A stretch of DNA of 51,853 nt. It comes from Phoronis australis (Eukaryota > Animalia > Phoronida). Position numbers and translations under genes: made by a program. The notes under the pieces were generated by a model. It worked only from the letters and a program-made list of their open reading frames with translations. It had not been told where the DNA came from and made no database searches. Shown here one piece after another: positions 38,101 to 51,719 of this stretch (position 1 is the stretch's first letter; each line of letters begins with the position of its first letter). The DNA lies in NCBI GenBank assembly GCA_002633005.1, contig NMRA01000059.1, positions 171,939-223,791 of the forward strand. The letters run 5' to 3'.

Positions 38101-41100
38101 ATACTTGTGTCATAAGTTGTAGTCATCTACTAATAGCCTTGCTATTCTATTTCTTGCTAGGGACTCAAAGTAGGTGACTTGATAACAGCATTTGGCTCCA
38201 TTACCATAAGAAACTTCCAAGGTTTGCAGAATATTGGTGACGTTGTTAAACACAGTGTCGGGGTATGTACGTTTGGTCCATCTAACGTGTTGTAGATGCA
38301 CAGGAGTCTGTATCTAACATAATAAGTTTCTCAAAAATGATTTTTGCTCAAGTATGCGTGTGTCTAAGCTTCTTTGATTACAAGTTATGCTCTTATTCGT
38401 TGTGAGTGCGTGTGTGTGTGCTCATGTCTTAAACTCATTGTTTTCATGTCTCTTGTGTGTTACATTTCATTAATTACTATGTAATGGGTTGCACATGACT
38501 ATCAACCTATCCCCAAGTCATGGTACTATCCCCCAGTCATCGTACTGTCCTCCAGTCCTTGTACTTTAGCCCAGTCCTCATACTGTTCCCCAGTCTTCGT
38601 GCCGTACCCCAGTCTCCATGCCGTCCCCCAGTCCCCGTGCCATCTCCCAGTCCCCGTGCCGTCCTCCAGTCCCTGTGTTGTCCCTCAGTACTCACACCAT
38701 GACAGAGCACAGGAGGACTGTCACTGTCTCCAAGTTCTCGCACTGTCCCAATGTTACAGATTACCATTCTAAGTAAACTTAAGCACTGCTTAGGGGCCCC
38801 TGCAAAAAAGAGCCTTGCCATACAGAGCCTGATGCTGTGCTGGTCAAAGTAATGCATATAGGACAAATAGAATGTGGTAGAGGCATGTGAATCAACTGCA
38901 AGGAGTGGAGTGGGAAACCAGCTCCACATTGTTGGAAAATTTATTTTATAGTGAATTCCAGAGGTTGTGTTTTACAATTTTTGTATCTAGTTATTCATCT
39001 GGATGAATGATATTGTCCGTCGTCTGATAAATCTTGTGTTATCTGCGCATTTTTTTGTCTATTTCTCATTTTATTTTAGTCTCCACTAAAGCTAGAAGTC
39101 CTTCGAGATCAGAGCTCATGTAAACTTTCCTTGACACCACAGACCTGGAAGGGCAAAGGGTTATTAGGGTAAGGAATTGTGTCAGATGATAGAAAATGAA
39201 TTGTTTATTCGATAATAGTCATTCACAGGATTCCCCTATTTTGAGAAACAGTTTTGTCCAGTGAATAATGGTTCTCAAAATGTGCCACACCTGTAACTGA
39301 TTATTGCCGTGTTTTAATCCATAACTACTTTCATGTTTTGTTGAGTCTTATTTAGCAGTGATGTACAAGTAGCCCGCCTATGTGCTAAGCATATTAAATT
39401 GTAACCCAAAATAATACCTGGCAGGATACAATACCCACCCAGAGAGAACAAATGTTATTCTCCTGTCTCTGAACATAGCTGTGTACAGTCCTGCTTATGG
39501 TAGATAGCTGTGTGCACTTCTGCTTATGGTGGATAGCTGTGCACAGTCCTGCTTATGGTGGATAGCTGTGTACAGTTCTGCTTAGAAGGCACTGGACAGT
39601 TCTCACAAGGGTTTGCTTATCAGAACGCATGTCAATGGACTCTTCACCCTTTCTTCACTCTGTCAAAAACTGCATGCAAATAAAGAAAAGTTTTGTGTCA
39701 TTTCACATCGCAATGCCTATAGATGAGCACAGAAACTTTATTCTCTCTTGTATTTTTGATCCTTTCATTCCCACTGAAAACCAAGCTAGCGTAAGAAAAA
39801 TAGGGGCAAAAATGCTCTTTTCACCCCAAAACCATCACTTTCTTGCCCAATGCTCGACTAAAGCCAACATCAGATTCCGAAAGCAAATTTCCTGNTCTAA
39901 GTAAACTTTTAAAAAGCACTTGCTGGTCAAAGTAACGCATACAGGACAAATAGAATGTGGTAGAGGCATGTGAATCAACTGCAAGGGGTGGAGTGGCAAA
40001 CCAGCTCCACATTGTTGGGAAATTTATTTTATAGTGAATTCCAGAGGCTGTGTTTTACAATTTTGTATCTAGTTATTCATCTGGATGAATGCTAATGTCC
40101 GTCGTCTGATAAATCTTGTGTTATCTGTGCAGTTTTGTCAATTTCTCATTTTGTTCTAGTCTCCACTAAAGCTAGAAGTCCTTCGAGATCAGAGCTCATG
40201 TAAACTTTCCTTGACACCACAGACCTGGAAGGGAAAAGGGTTATTAGGGTAAGGAATTATGTCGGATGATAGAAAATGAATTGTTTTTCAATAATACTCA
40301 TTCACAGGATTCCCTTATTTTGAGAAACAGTTTTGTCCAGTGAATAATGGTTCTCAAAATGTGCCACACCTGTAACTGATTATTGCCGTGTTTTCATCCA
40401 TAACTACTTTCATGTTTTGTTAAGTCTTATTTAACAGTGATGTGCAAGTAGCCCGCCTATGTGCTAAGCATATTAAATTGCAACCCAAGACAATACCTGG
40501 CACGGCATAATACCCATCCAATGTGTCAATACATCCCAACCCTTTTTATAGGAGGCCTTGTCCAGGAAAATATTTAGTGTTGCTTTTAATAAATACTTAT
40601 CCATAAGAGAGAACAAATGTTATTCTGCTGTCTCTGAACATAGCTGTGTACAGTCTTGCTTATGGTAGATAGCTATGTGCAGTTCTGGTTATGGTGGATA
40701 GCTGTGCACAGTCCTGCTTAGGAGGCACTGGACAGTTCTCACAGGGGTTTGCCTATCAGAACACATGTCAATGGAATCTTCACCCTTTCTTCACTCTGTC
40801 AAAAACTGCATGCAAATAAAGAAAAGTTTTGTGTCATTTCACATCGCAAGGCCTACAGATGAGCACAGAAACTTTATTCTCGTATTTTTGACCCTTTCAT
40901 TCCCACTGAAAACCTAGCTTAAGAAAAATAGGGGCAAAATGCTCTTTTCACCCCAAAACCATCACTTTCTTGCCCGATGCTAAACTAAAGCCAACATCAG
41001 ATTCCGAAAGCAAATTTCCTGCCGATTCCAAAAATGTACTGTCAACCAACTAGTTTTTTTTCAAATCTGGCTTTTTTGATGGCTACCAGAAGTCGCGACC

Positions 41101-42426
41101 AATTTCTCAGTTGCTACACAGCAATGCACAATCTTGAAGAGTGCAGCTACAGCCGAGAAAGTGGCTTTTTTATTCTCAGCATGTTCACAAATACAAACAA
41201 ACAACATTCACTTGGCCTACATACAATACCTAACTAAAAATGCCCCCAAGCCTGGCCTACCCCTAGATTTTAATATTTTGGCAGTGCAAATTGGCCGCGG
41301 CCACAGCCTATCTGTTCAGCGCCACCTTATGGTAGACAGCTGTTGTAATATAATGAGGCTATGCCCTCCACGTTTAATTGAGGTTTCCAAAACTTAAAAG
41401 TGCACCACAAACATATCTTTGATTCAATTGAGCTTATGTTATGCAAGAATTGTTCCAATAGTCAGCTGATTTGAAATTGCTGAGTAAGCCTCTTTCAAAC
41501 TTTTAATTGTTATGAACACTTACACGGGCATTGGTCTCGGCCTGTTAGTCAATTCGAACCAGTCTAGTGATTGTTCTAGAGGGTTAGTTCAAATTGCGAC
41601 TTGTATTGAATTGACGCGTGTGGTAGCCACGGGTAAATAGTGGCACTGTAGATTAGTACCTTCACTGGTAGCGATATATCGTTTCATTTAAACAGTCGTC
41701 AGTCTCACAAATCGATGTAATCTATTGTTTGTAAGTCATAACGCTGCAAATTAATAGACGTATTCTATTGTTAATGTATTCGTGTGTTCTTTTATTTACT
41801 ACCATGTGCGCGCCATATGTCGGCCGCAACACGCATTGATATACCACACTGTGTACAGTCCTGCTTATGGTGGTCTAGAGTGACTAATCACTGTTGCAGA
41901 GAGACAGCACTGCATGAACCTTCAGAGAAAAGAGTAAAAAAAGTAGGAATTATTAGGAATTTTTTAATAAGTTTTGGAACATGCTTAAAAAAAGTGGGAA
42001 AAGTAGGAGCGGTTGAAAGCCAGTGTTTCAACATTTTAAGCTGCTTTACGCTGTGTTTGATTAGCTAAGAACAAAAATCGTGTTAGGCCTTTTATTGTTA
42101 TAAAATATGACATGTAATAATCCTTACAGTGATAGGTTACTATTTCCTTTACCAACAAGAACATCAAAAACATCAGCGACTCCAGAAATACTGTTTATTG
42201 GGGTTGGCTTACTAACATGACAAATTCAAATATGACGCATGTTTGAGCGAGATTGTCGTTGAATGTATCACAGCGAGAAATACGAGACTGATTTTATGAA
42301 AGTAAAAATCCTAGTTTTACAGCTAAATGGCACAAAATACTGTTATAATGCATGATTTCCTGTTCTTCGTTTTGTGATATTCATATGTTTCATTTCAGGT
42401 GCAATATTGTCCCAACAAAGAAGTAG
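35137..42426 (+). CDS. PSMD9: 26S proteasome non-ATPase regulatory subunit 9 (p27/Nas2, PDZ assembly chaperone), 197 aa
   Basis: Exons: 35137-35220 ([28 protein letters not shown]), 36669-36771 ([34 protein letters not shown]), 37283-37470 ([14 protein letters not shown]...[17 protein letters not shown]), 38161-38262 ([14 protein letters not shown]...HSVG), 39080-39168 ([10 protein letters not shown]...[13 protein letters not shown]; second copy at 40160-40248), 42399-42426 (CNIVPTKK*). Phases are consistent and the total is 594 nt. Confidence 0.95.
35407..35650. repeat. 17-bp tandem repeat ~x14 in PSMD9 intron 1
   Basis: (CCAGTCAACTGGTACCC)n, decaying to GTCAACTCGTACCC. Confidence 0.95.
35921..36071 (+). 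mobile_element. Decayed tRNA-derived SINE-like heads
   Basis: A-box-like TAGCCAAGTGG (35921) and TAGCCAAATGG (~36025); B-box GGTTCGATTCC (~36051); no complete cloverleaf. Confidence 0.3.
38510..38690. repeat. Degenerate ~19-bp C-rich tandem repeat
   Basis: CCCCAGTCCCCGTGCCGT variants. Confidence 0.75.
40160..40248 (+). other. Second copy of PSMD9 exon 5, probably the alternate haplotype
   Basis: Identical to 39080-39168 except for one synonymous GGC>GGA change. It lies in a ~1.1 kb block duplicated across the N at 39895. Confidence 0.8.
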
Positions 42427-43189
42427 GTACAGTGTATGGACAGGGAGCTTATCATGTTCACACCTCTACATTGTGATCCAGAACATCTAATAGACTCGAA
42501 CCATTCTGCGCATCAGATGGTATTCATTGTGACCGTCGTCACAGAATCCTTGTGAACCAAACACGATGTTCTAGGGAATGTAAGACACAGGATGTGATGT
42601 GTTACATTCATTAGTTATGTGACATCACAGTTCACTATTCTACCTTTGTAGTCAACATGCAGCTATCACTAACCAGCACAACCTGGAGGTCACGAGGTCA
42701 TGTTGGTTAGGTAGCTGGCAACATGCAAAGTGAAGCTCATTCAAGGCAATGTTTGATGGGCAAACCTTCCCATGAGCTGTGACGCTCAGTGAATGTGTAT
42801 AAACTGTCCGCAGTAAATGTGTATAAACTGTCCACAGTGAATGTGTGTAGTGTCCACAGTGTGACCAGTTCAATATGGCCAGTGTCCTGTCACTCTAATA
42901 TCATTCTTAAATATTAGACTTACAATACAGAGCAAAATGTCACTCTGTTTATAATGTGTTACGTTACAACATATTTTGCAATACATTACTTGAAATTGTG
43001 CAACGTATATTTCATCAGATGATGTGACATTTTTAGTTCACACCCTCAACCTGATTAACTTGTACAGTTCATAGGCTGATTAATACAGACCCTACCCATC
43101 ACAGTGAGGCACAGTGGGTCATGGCATAGAGCCACAGTGGGTCATGGCATAGAGAGCCACAGTGGGTCATGGCAAAGACAAACGTGGAT

Positions 43190-43250
43190 AATAAAAGTTT
43201 ATTCTCAAACTCAATAACTTAATATACAATAATCTGCATATCAATTTATT
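43190..43250. terminator. Convergent polyadenylation signals (PSMD9 on +, KMT2A on -)
   Basis: AATAAA at 43190-43195 (+). TTTATT at 43198-43203 and 43245-43250 reads AATAAA on the minus strand. All lie between two convergent stop codons. Confidence 0.45.
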
Positions 43251-44678
43251 TCTTGATGCAAATCTCTAACTCCCTGTCTAGGGGGTGAATGTCTATTTAC
43301 AATTTTAGATTATATAAAGGGAAACATTGTGTGCATGTAATGACACTATTTACAAGATGATACATCCCTCCCTACTATGACATGCAATAAACAGCGTTAG
43401 TAAACAACCTCTCAATATCCAGGAAATGAAAATAGAGTGCTAAAGATCTGTCAAGGTGAAACTGAATATTGTGACTACTTGAAAGTGTACAGTTACATTA
43501 CAATAATCACTGCTATTGCACTGCATTTAGCTCATGACTCGGGTTCAGTAACCAATACAACATGGAGAAAGGAAGCAGTGTAGCGTGTTTCAAACTAAAA
43601 CTCTGCACATCCCTGAGTTGATTGAAAGGTAAGAACTAGTGCAAAATTTGTAAGCCCAGATTAAAAATGAAAAAACCTCTGTGACATTACTTCGCACTTC
43701 ATCAAACAACTTTTTAACAGTCCATCTTCACAACGTAAAAAGTGTGTGTTTTCTTCATCCTCGATGTCTGAAATATCTAATTCATCGAATAAAATATCGC
43801 AGTCCTCTACAAGTGCCACGTTATTGCCACTTTCTGTGAAAATTGTGTAATTTGTTGCTATAAATATGAATTTCTAGAAAATCTAAACTGTGGGAGACTT
43901 CGTGTTTGACGTAGTCATTACCAAGAGAGCTGTGTCTCTTGACTTCTCATTTACTTCAAATAGGAGAGAGATGACTCAAACTATCATTTTAGCTTAATAT
44001 TTGATGCCAGATATATGTCCAGTCGTTGAAGAAAAATAAAAAAGCCAAGACACAGTTCTCTCTGCCATCGACCACACAATAAATAAGTAAAATTTCATGC
44101 CCAATGACCTATACACTGAAAAGAAACCAGACGATCAAACCTGCTGAAAGTTTTGATCAGCTAGAAAATGCTGGTAAAAGATTTGCCACGCAATTGAAAT
44201 CCTGCCTAAAAACTTGCATATGAGCCACAGAAATAATGTTAATTGTGTTACAAGTGCATACAGATACAACTTGATGCAACATGTAAACATTGAATTTTTG
44301 CATAAAAATCCACAAACATCGACAATTACTGTAACATAATTTGAAAGAGTGCAACATTACACTGCTTTGAACGTGCAGTTCAAATACTTTGACAGAGTGC
44401 AAAACATGAGCACAAATGATCAAAGCATAGTCTTCATTTCTGATGTCATAATCATTAAACATTAGCTTTAAACAAAAGATCAATTAATCGACCTGCAGAC
44501 AACTATGACCATTTCCCAAATGTTCAAAGTTCTTTCACTTAACAATGTTATTACTGGTGGACAACACTTTTTGGACCGAATGTTAACTATCTGGCAAGAT
44601 ACTGCAGACAACAGACTTGATGAGGTACAATCAGCTGACAGATCTTAATGCCCATATTGTCATGGTTACACAGTGACC

Positions 44679-47600
44679 TTAGTTGAGATACTTCCTACAC
44701 CTTTTAGATCCACAGGTACAGGGGATCTTTACATCTTCAATGGGGAACTTGTAGTCGTAGGTCAACTCTTCGCCTATCTCGATTCTGTTGAAACAACAAA
44801 CAGGAAATACATTCAACATTTGGAGATCCTAATTATCAGGCCTACACAAAGCAGACAAGATTCATTTCATATTAAACACTCACTACCATATTAAATTGAA
44901 GATTATGTAACTAGCTTTTTATTGGATTGCTCTCTGAATGTTGCAATTATCTGATAACTTACGCTCTCATGGCAAAGATGACAATATGTTTGTTCCCATC
45001 CACATTGATGACTTTAGAGTAACAGTTGGGCTGAAATACAAACAATACTTATGACGCGGGGGAAAACCTACAAAGTTTCTCAAACAGGTCTTGCTAATGT
45101 TATAGTAACGTAATGCAGTAGACTTATATTGATAAAGAAACGTGTTGCTATCGTTACAAGTTGCTATAGTTACATGTTGCTCTACTAACATGTCTCTCTA
45201 GTTACATGTTGCTGAAGCTTGATATATATATTTTGAAGCCAGTATAGTTCACTCAACACAAACTCCAAAATCTTTCACCAAAATGGGTAATTTTCTACCT
45301 ATGGAGCATGTACAACAAACTATTGAACAAAAAGTACAATTGTGTTTTCAATCAAATTTCTATTTTGAAGTACAAACAAAATAATATTTTCTCAGTCACA
45401 AAACTTGTTCTAAGCTTCAAAAGTTGATCACAACACTGAAGCAAGCCAGCTTTGTACTTTAATTAAAAGAAACCAATGAGCAGAACAGGCAAGGCTTGGA
45501 ATTTTCCTCAGAAACACGGATTTCTGCTTTTTTCTCTTATTACCTCAGCGCATTTTTGTTATATTTCCACGGAAAAAATCGGATTTGCCATAAAATTTCC
45601 GCAGAGAATAGGTTTCTAACTACGGCGTTGCCGATGACTCGAAAAGCGGAAACTGCTCTTTATGTTTTGGAGGAATCAAAATCGTAATTGCCGGGGCACC
45701 TGGGATTGCGTGGTTCATCAATGGCGTCTGCATATGGTATTAATCGCAGTGACAAATAGTGCGATTATGTGGCCAAATGTGTGGAACTTGGAGTAGACCG
45801 AATATTTCGTGGAAAAAGTGGATAAAAGAAACGGTCTATGTGTTCGAAAACAACAAAGGTCTGGGTTTGCGCTCTGTGAACATTGACAGAGGGACAATTA
45901 CGGCGTGCATGGCCAAATCACAGAGAACCATAGGAAAACGATGAAACACAAGAAAGAAAAACGCTTTCTGAAAGGAAATTCAACTGAAACCGGTAATTCG
46001 CTGGATTGGAATCGTGGGATGCGAGTGATATATGAAATTCTTTTGTTTGATCCCATATGCAAGCCCGTGCCTGCAATTGCCAAGTTGGCTGCTAATCCCG
46101 AGTCCGCCGATTTTCCACCTGCCGCCGAAACGGGATACAAAGTGCTATTTTCGTTATTGCAAATGTGTTTTAAGTTGCCGTTGATGTATTTCAATTTATT
46201 TTTGACATTTTTCATGTTTTATTTTTGTTAAAAAAGTCTTATTTTGACCAACACGAGTTTTGCAGTTCAAAAGAGAAGTAGTCACGCGCGAGTTTTGCAG
46301 TTCAAAGGAGAAGTAGTCACGTGGCAGGTTCCGAATGATCTGATTGGTCCAAGCCATTGTTTACAAATTCTGCTAGCCTATTTTAGGTGTCCTTGTAGTT
46401 ATTTCTTATGTCACATAGCTTGGTCCACACCAGCGTGGCTTATGAACAATTATCTCCTGTAAGTACTGTTTTAAACTGAAAAGTTTGGCCAACTTAGGAT
46501 TGTGATTGATGTGTTCTATAGTTTAAAGTATGTTTTTTTACTTTCATTTTTCCATGTTATTAGTTGGGGTGTGAGCCTCAGACTTTCATATTGACTTTTT
46601 TCCATTGCGTTAGAATTAAATTTTTGTTGGAATTAAATGTGTATGTATTTCAGACTTTAAAGATAATCAGGGTCGATTTTCAAATTTTTTTAATAATTTT
46701 GTATTGCAATTATAAGAATTTAAAATAATGAAAATAATTTTATAGGTTTCCTTGCAGCAAATCAAGAATAACCTTGTCATTCACACTGCAAATTTTGCAT
46801 CATTATCTTTATTATTTTAATTTTAAAGAAATATCTTTTGTTGCATCTAATTGCCTTCATTATTGTTGCTGAAATAGATGTCAGGTACTGCTTTAAATGA
46901 CACAGTTACAGGGCATCTTGTGACAATAATGTTTACTTTCGATAAGTTGAGGTATGGTGAATGTTTAGATTGCAATGTGTTTTTAGGGCAGTAAAAATTT
47001 CCCTCTTTTTTGTCATGGGTCATTCCAAGCCTTGAACAAGCGACCATAAGGTTGTAAATACTTGGTTCAACAGTGCCCCACAAAGTGACCAGGTAGTCAT
47101 AAGGTTGTAAATACAGTTTAACAGTGCCCCATAAAGTAACTAGGCGGTCAGGTGGTTGTGAATACTTGGTTCAGTAGTGCCCCACAAAGTGACCAGATGG
47201 TCATGAGGTCAACACTGCCAGGTGATAGGAGCTGGATAAGAATGACTAAGAAGACTCACATCACATGAGTGATTGATGAAGCGCGCCGCATTGCCATGCA
47301 TTGTAGCGTCTACGACATCATCATCATCAATACGGAACATGTAACAGCCAATTCCCTGTAAAGATAAAGAAACTCCTCTTTATCAGACATATTACATACA
47401 ATCTAAAGATAAAGACACACCTCGTTATCAAACATATTACATACAATCTAAACATCTCAATTTAAATATCAAAGTCCAAAAATGTTCCTTGAATAAATAC
47501 CTAAGATCTCCAAAACGCTACATCGCTGGACGATGTCCTCCTGTTACAACACACAAGACCACTGGTCTAGTTTCAGTACATAAGTCCTACCTTGCTCTCA

Positions 47601-50600
47601 TAATAATTCTCCCGTTTGTCTGTAAGCACAGCTCTGATTACCTCCCCTGCATACTCGATCACCATCTCACCAGCATCAATAGGTCTCTTACAGACGAGGC
47701 CTCGGCCATGAATATCAGATCTGAAACAGAAAAATCCACGTTCGGACTGAAGTCACATAGATATAGTGAATCACTTTTAAGGAAAATCAGGTGATTTTTT
47801 TCTAGTATTTGCTAAACTTTGGAGCTCAAAATGACAAACTAGATACTGTATACCATGTGTTAGAAACTCAAATAATCAAATATGCCACATTGTGAAACTG
47901 TAAGTTGACATGACATTAACTCAATGCATTCTTCACACTGTGTTTCCTAATATTTAAGTCTATGTTTTGGTAGTTTATTACTTAATGTGTTTGCAGGTTC
48001 TTGCAGTTAGAAAGAAGGTATTTCTCAGAAACCTTTGCAATACTTTGTCATCAATATATTTACGATCCATCGTCACTTCTCATTGTTGGGACGCCCTGGC
48101 ACCGAGTCAGACTTGGAAATCGAAGCACTCATCCAGAGTAGACATGACTGCCAAAAATTCTTTTGGGATAGATGATGAAAATTTATACCTCGTGAATGTT
48201 TTCGCCATCCTTGATCTGGCAGCCATCCTCAAACTGATGACTGTTGAAAACTCAGACATGTGACGTCACGATCGCTATGGGTAGAGCTAGCAACCTGGAC
48301 ATACGTGTGTTCAACAGTCATCAATTTGAGGATGGCTGCTGGATCAAGGACACTGAAAACATTCACGACTCGAGGTATAAATTTGTGTCTAAGCCATAAG
48401 AATCTTTAGTGGTTATGGTACAGTCAGAGTTTGAAGAATTTTCCATAAAGTTCGGCTCATCAAGTCATAAAACAAAAACATTTGCAAACATAGTATTCAG
48501 TGTAGAAAAAATTTAAATATACAATATAAACATACAATATAACTTTGAACTTTAAGCAAAACATTAAATACCTGAATACACCCACAGCTTCTCGAGCGTT
48601 TTCTTTCAGATGACGGAACCTCATGGCCATGGGTAGGTCCAGACTAGTGGAGCGCCTGTTGGAGGATTAAGGAACCAAACATTAACTATAAGGCTCAAGA
48701 CCTGCAGCTAACAATTAAATATCAACTTGCTATGAAACATGTTCACTTAGTACAGTGGTCATCACCATTTTTACATAAATATGACAATGCGACGACCACT
48801 TCAGGGCAGTTTGAGAATCACTTTCCATATTAGCAACTCAGAACAGAATGACATATAACTAGAAACTGTTTTCTCAAATTCTGATGAGTCAACAAGCGCC
48901 TCACAACTAAAAGCATTCAATGCATAGAGTTAACTCCTTTGTGTTTCAAACCACCACAATGCATCAACCCTACACTAAGATTTAACATCACAGATCAAGT
49001 TCATCAAAAAGTTTTATTGATCACAGCTTTAGTTGATAAAAACGACCAACATCAAAGTAAGATAAAATAAGAATGAAGTCAGATATGACCACTATGAGTA
49101 TAATTCTGATAACAGTATGACTGTAGAAAACAACAAATGTTGCCTTAGTTCGCAGCTCGATTTTTAGTGAGGATCGCAAGACTAAATTGAAACATTCAAA
49201 ACTTGCCATTTGGTGTAATACAAGTTCCAAGGAACATCTCACATAACCTAAACAGTACTCAATATAACTTGACGTGTGTGAACTTTAGCAGACCAACTTT
49301 ATAAATGGGCTAGGAAGGTGGTCATAAAAAATCACAACGTTCACTACTTTAACACTGACATCCACTCTGGGCTTTAGAACTTGTTAACATGTAGCAGTAC
49401 AAGTACTTACTACATAACAACACTTACCTGGCTGAGGTGTGGAGGTGATATGTAACAACACTTACCTGGCTGAGGTGTGCAGGTGACTGTTAGCTTTATC
49501 TTGACTCACTACTTTTGGCTTGGTGCGATATCTCGACATGAGAAAGCTGAACATCTCATATGGCTTGCGCGTCGTGAATGGTTCAGAGCGGGCACTGCCA
49601 CTAGGAGTCTCTTCAGGCTCCTGGTGAGAACAAGAGAAACATCATACTTGTTCATAGTTGCATACAGCCAACTGTTTGAACTGTCAAGTAAAAACATCAC
49701 AGTGCAGAGACAATTTGGACTCCACAGAAAAACGTGCCAAACCAATCTTAAAATTCGCTAAACACCTGCGTGGCCAACAACCGAAGTTCGGTTTGGCCAC
49801 TGCCTTTTTTGCAACATTGATGACTGTGGGTGAGTACGTAAGTGTATCCCTGGTGTTTAACACTTAAAGCTGTATTGCGCTCCATTAAGGTGGCTAAATT
49901 CAAAAACTAAATTAGGCTTTTTACGCACATAACACTGGTCTCGTAATATTATGGGTTTCATACAAATAACACTGGTCTCATAATATTAGGCCTTATGTAC
50001 ACATAACACTGGTCTCATAATATTAGGCCTTATGTACACATAACACTGGTCTCATAATATTAGGCCTTATGTACACATAACACTGGTCTCATAATATTAG
50101 GCCTTATGTACACATAACACTGGTCTCATAATATTCCTTACTATGATAGAACATCTAAACCATCAGTGACTCAAGAAAACCTTTGAGTTTCTTGCGGTTG
50201 GCAAACCCTAAAGGGCCAATATACACACTAGCTGTGACTTGATTTGATATGAAAAATGGAATCTTATGACTGTCGGGAGAATTATGTGAGTGAAAAGCCT
50301 AATTCAATTTTCTATCTTAATCAGCCTAACAGGACAAAATGTTAACAGAATAAAATGTTAACAGAACAAAATGTAACTTTCATTACAGAGCAGTCATAAC
50401 TGTATCCACCAGAACTATTATAACTCAACCCACATTTTCACCCTTTAAGTCTAGTCCACATCCGTGTATGACGACTGTTCACTTGTTTTAGAAATTCTTA
50501 TAGCAACACCACAGTAACCAGTAGGTGGAGCCACTTACCTCTTCTTTAGGTTCCATCACATGGCGATGATACTTGAACCGATAGTTGTGACACCTGGTGG

Positions 50601-51155
50601 CTCCGTAGAGTTGCTCAATCAAATAGACGATGGCATCGTGGTTCAGACCAAACATTTTTAGACCATCAAAACCTAATGCAGAAACAGTAAACTAGTTTTC
50701 AGCCCACAGTTGAGGAGATGATATCCAACCTATCTTACCCCACTCAACAATATAGAACTGGACTCAAGCTCTACTTACAGATAGGTCACCAATAATTGTG
50801 TTCAACAATCAAGACAGGCAGAGACCTTCAATTGCAGGCTCATTACGTCAGGTAATATAACTAATTAACTAATTAATAACATTAAATCATCAAGTGTTCC
50901 CATTGTAACACTCATCAAATTGTCACATTTCAGCTTTGAAGAATTTGTCTTTACAAAAACTGACTAAAGATTTCAAAATACTTTCACAATAAATAATGCC
51001 TAATTGACCAATAGTGTAAGCCTAAGGCATTAAGACCCTTTCATAAAGCCCATTCTGACACAACGGAATGACAAACTTACCAGCATAGGACAATGTCTTC
51101 TCTCTGGCAGCTGTTCGGCCATCTTGCACTTTGTCAGTAACACACCTCCACGCAT
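44679..51155 (-). CDS. KMT2A: Histone H3K4 methyltransferase trithorax/MLL (KMT2A/B), last eight coding exons: FYRC, WIN, SET, post-SET
   Basis: Exons: 51081-51155 ([13 protein letters not shown]), 50539-50672 ([37 protein letters not shown]), 49466-49620 ([12 protein letters not shown] motif; [12 protein letters not shown]), 48572-48655 ([27 protein letters not shown]), 47591-47720 ([29 protein letters not shown]...KRENYYESK), 47260-47355 ([32 protein letters not shown]), 44963-45030 ([23 protein letters not shown]), 44679-44784 ([34 protein letters not shown]). All junctions are GT-AG and in phase. The gene continues beyond the window. Confidence 0.96.
45490..47034. mobile_element. Non-autonomous TIR DNA transposon (hAT/P-like) in a KMT2A intron
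   Basis: 13-bp inverted ends CAAGGCTTGGAAT and ATTCCAAGCCTTG. Near-duplicated flanks GAACAGGC/GAACAAGC overlap the terminal base. CpG-rich left half; no transposase ORF. Confidence 0.55.
47043..47210. repeat. ~53-bp degenerate tandem repeat x3
   Basis: ATAAGGTTGTAAATACTTGGTTCAACAGTGCCCCACAAAGTGACCAGG. Confidence 0.8.
48100..48460. mobile_element. Foldback/MITE long inverted repeat in a KMT2A intron
   Basis: Arm AAATTTATACCTCG..GTGAATGTTTTC..TCCTTGATC..GCAGCCATCCTCAAA.TGATGACTGTTGAA (48179-48248) and its reverse complement (48309-48384), with diverged outer arms. Confidence 0.7.
49925..50135. repeat. 37-bp minisatellite ~x5.5
   Basis: ACACATAACACTGGTCTCATAATATTAGGCCTTATGT. Confidence 0.95.
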
Positions 51156-51719
51156 CTAAACACAAACACTGGGGTTACATTTAAAGCAAAAGTCAATGTC
51201 AGTAAACACGTCCTTGAACAACAAATGAAAAAATGTGCAGGACAATTCAGTGAAACCTATCTGTAAATGAAGGTAGCAACTTTGTGCAACACAATTTAAC
51301 CCAATTTTGAATATTGAAATATTACTTTTGGTAGTTGAAAGGCCTAATGAAGCAGAATACAGATCAGCAGTATATTCAGAAACATCAACACATTCCACAC
51401 AAATTCTAGACTTTCTTCCCCACACCATTTTATCAAAAGTGATTTAGTCAAAAAGTTTGTGTCCTCATAAGAGAGACGACATAAAAAATGAGCCAATCAA
51501 ATTAAGTCATTTTCAGGACACATTTTTGAAAAAGGGGTTGGTCGTCTACCCACAATTTTCAACCTACCAGGAACAGAGTCGCTTTATTAGCAGAAAGGAG
51601 AAATAGATGACAACCAAATTGTGACTGGTGTATGTTGGCTCTACACAGTAATTTACAATTCATATTTTTATTTCTTTCATAAAGACCAATACCATTTCCC
51701 CCAAGATATTGCAAAACTG

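Noticed and set aside
39080-40248. Mutually exclusive PSMD9 exons
   Set aside because: Identical peptide and a junction exactly at an N; an allelic artefact is far more parsimonious.
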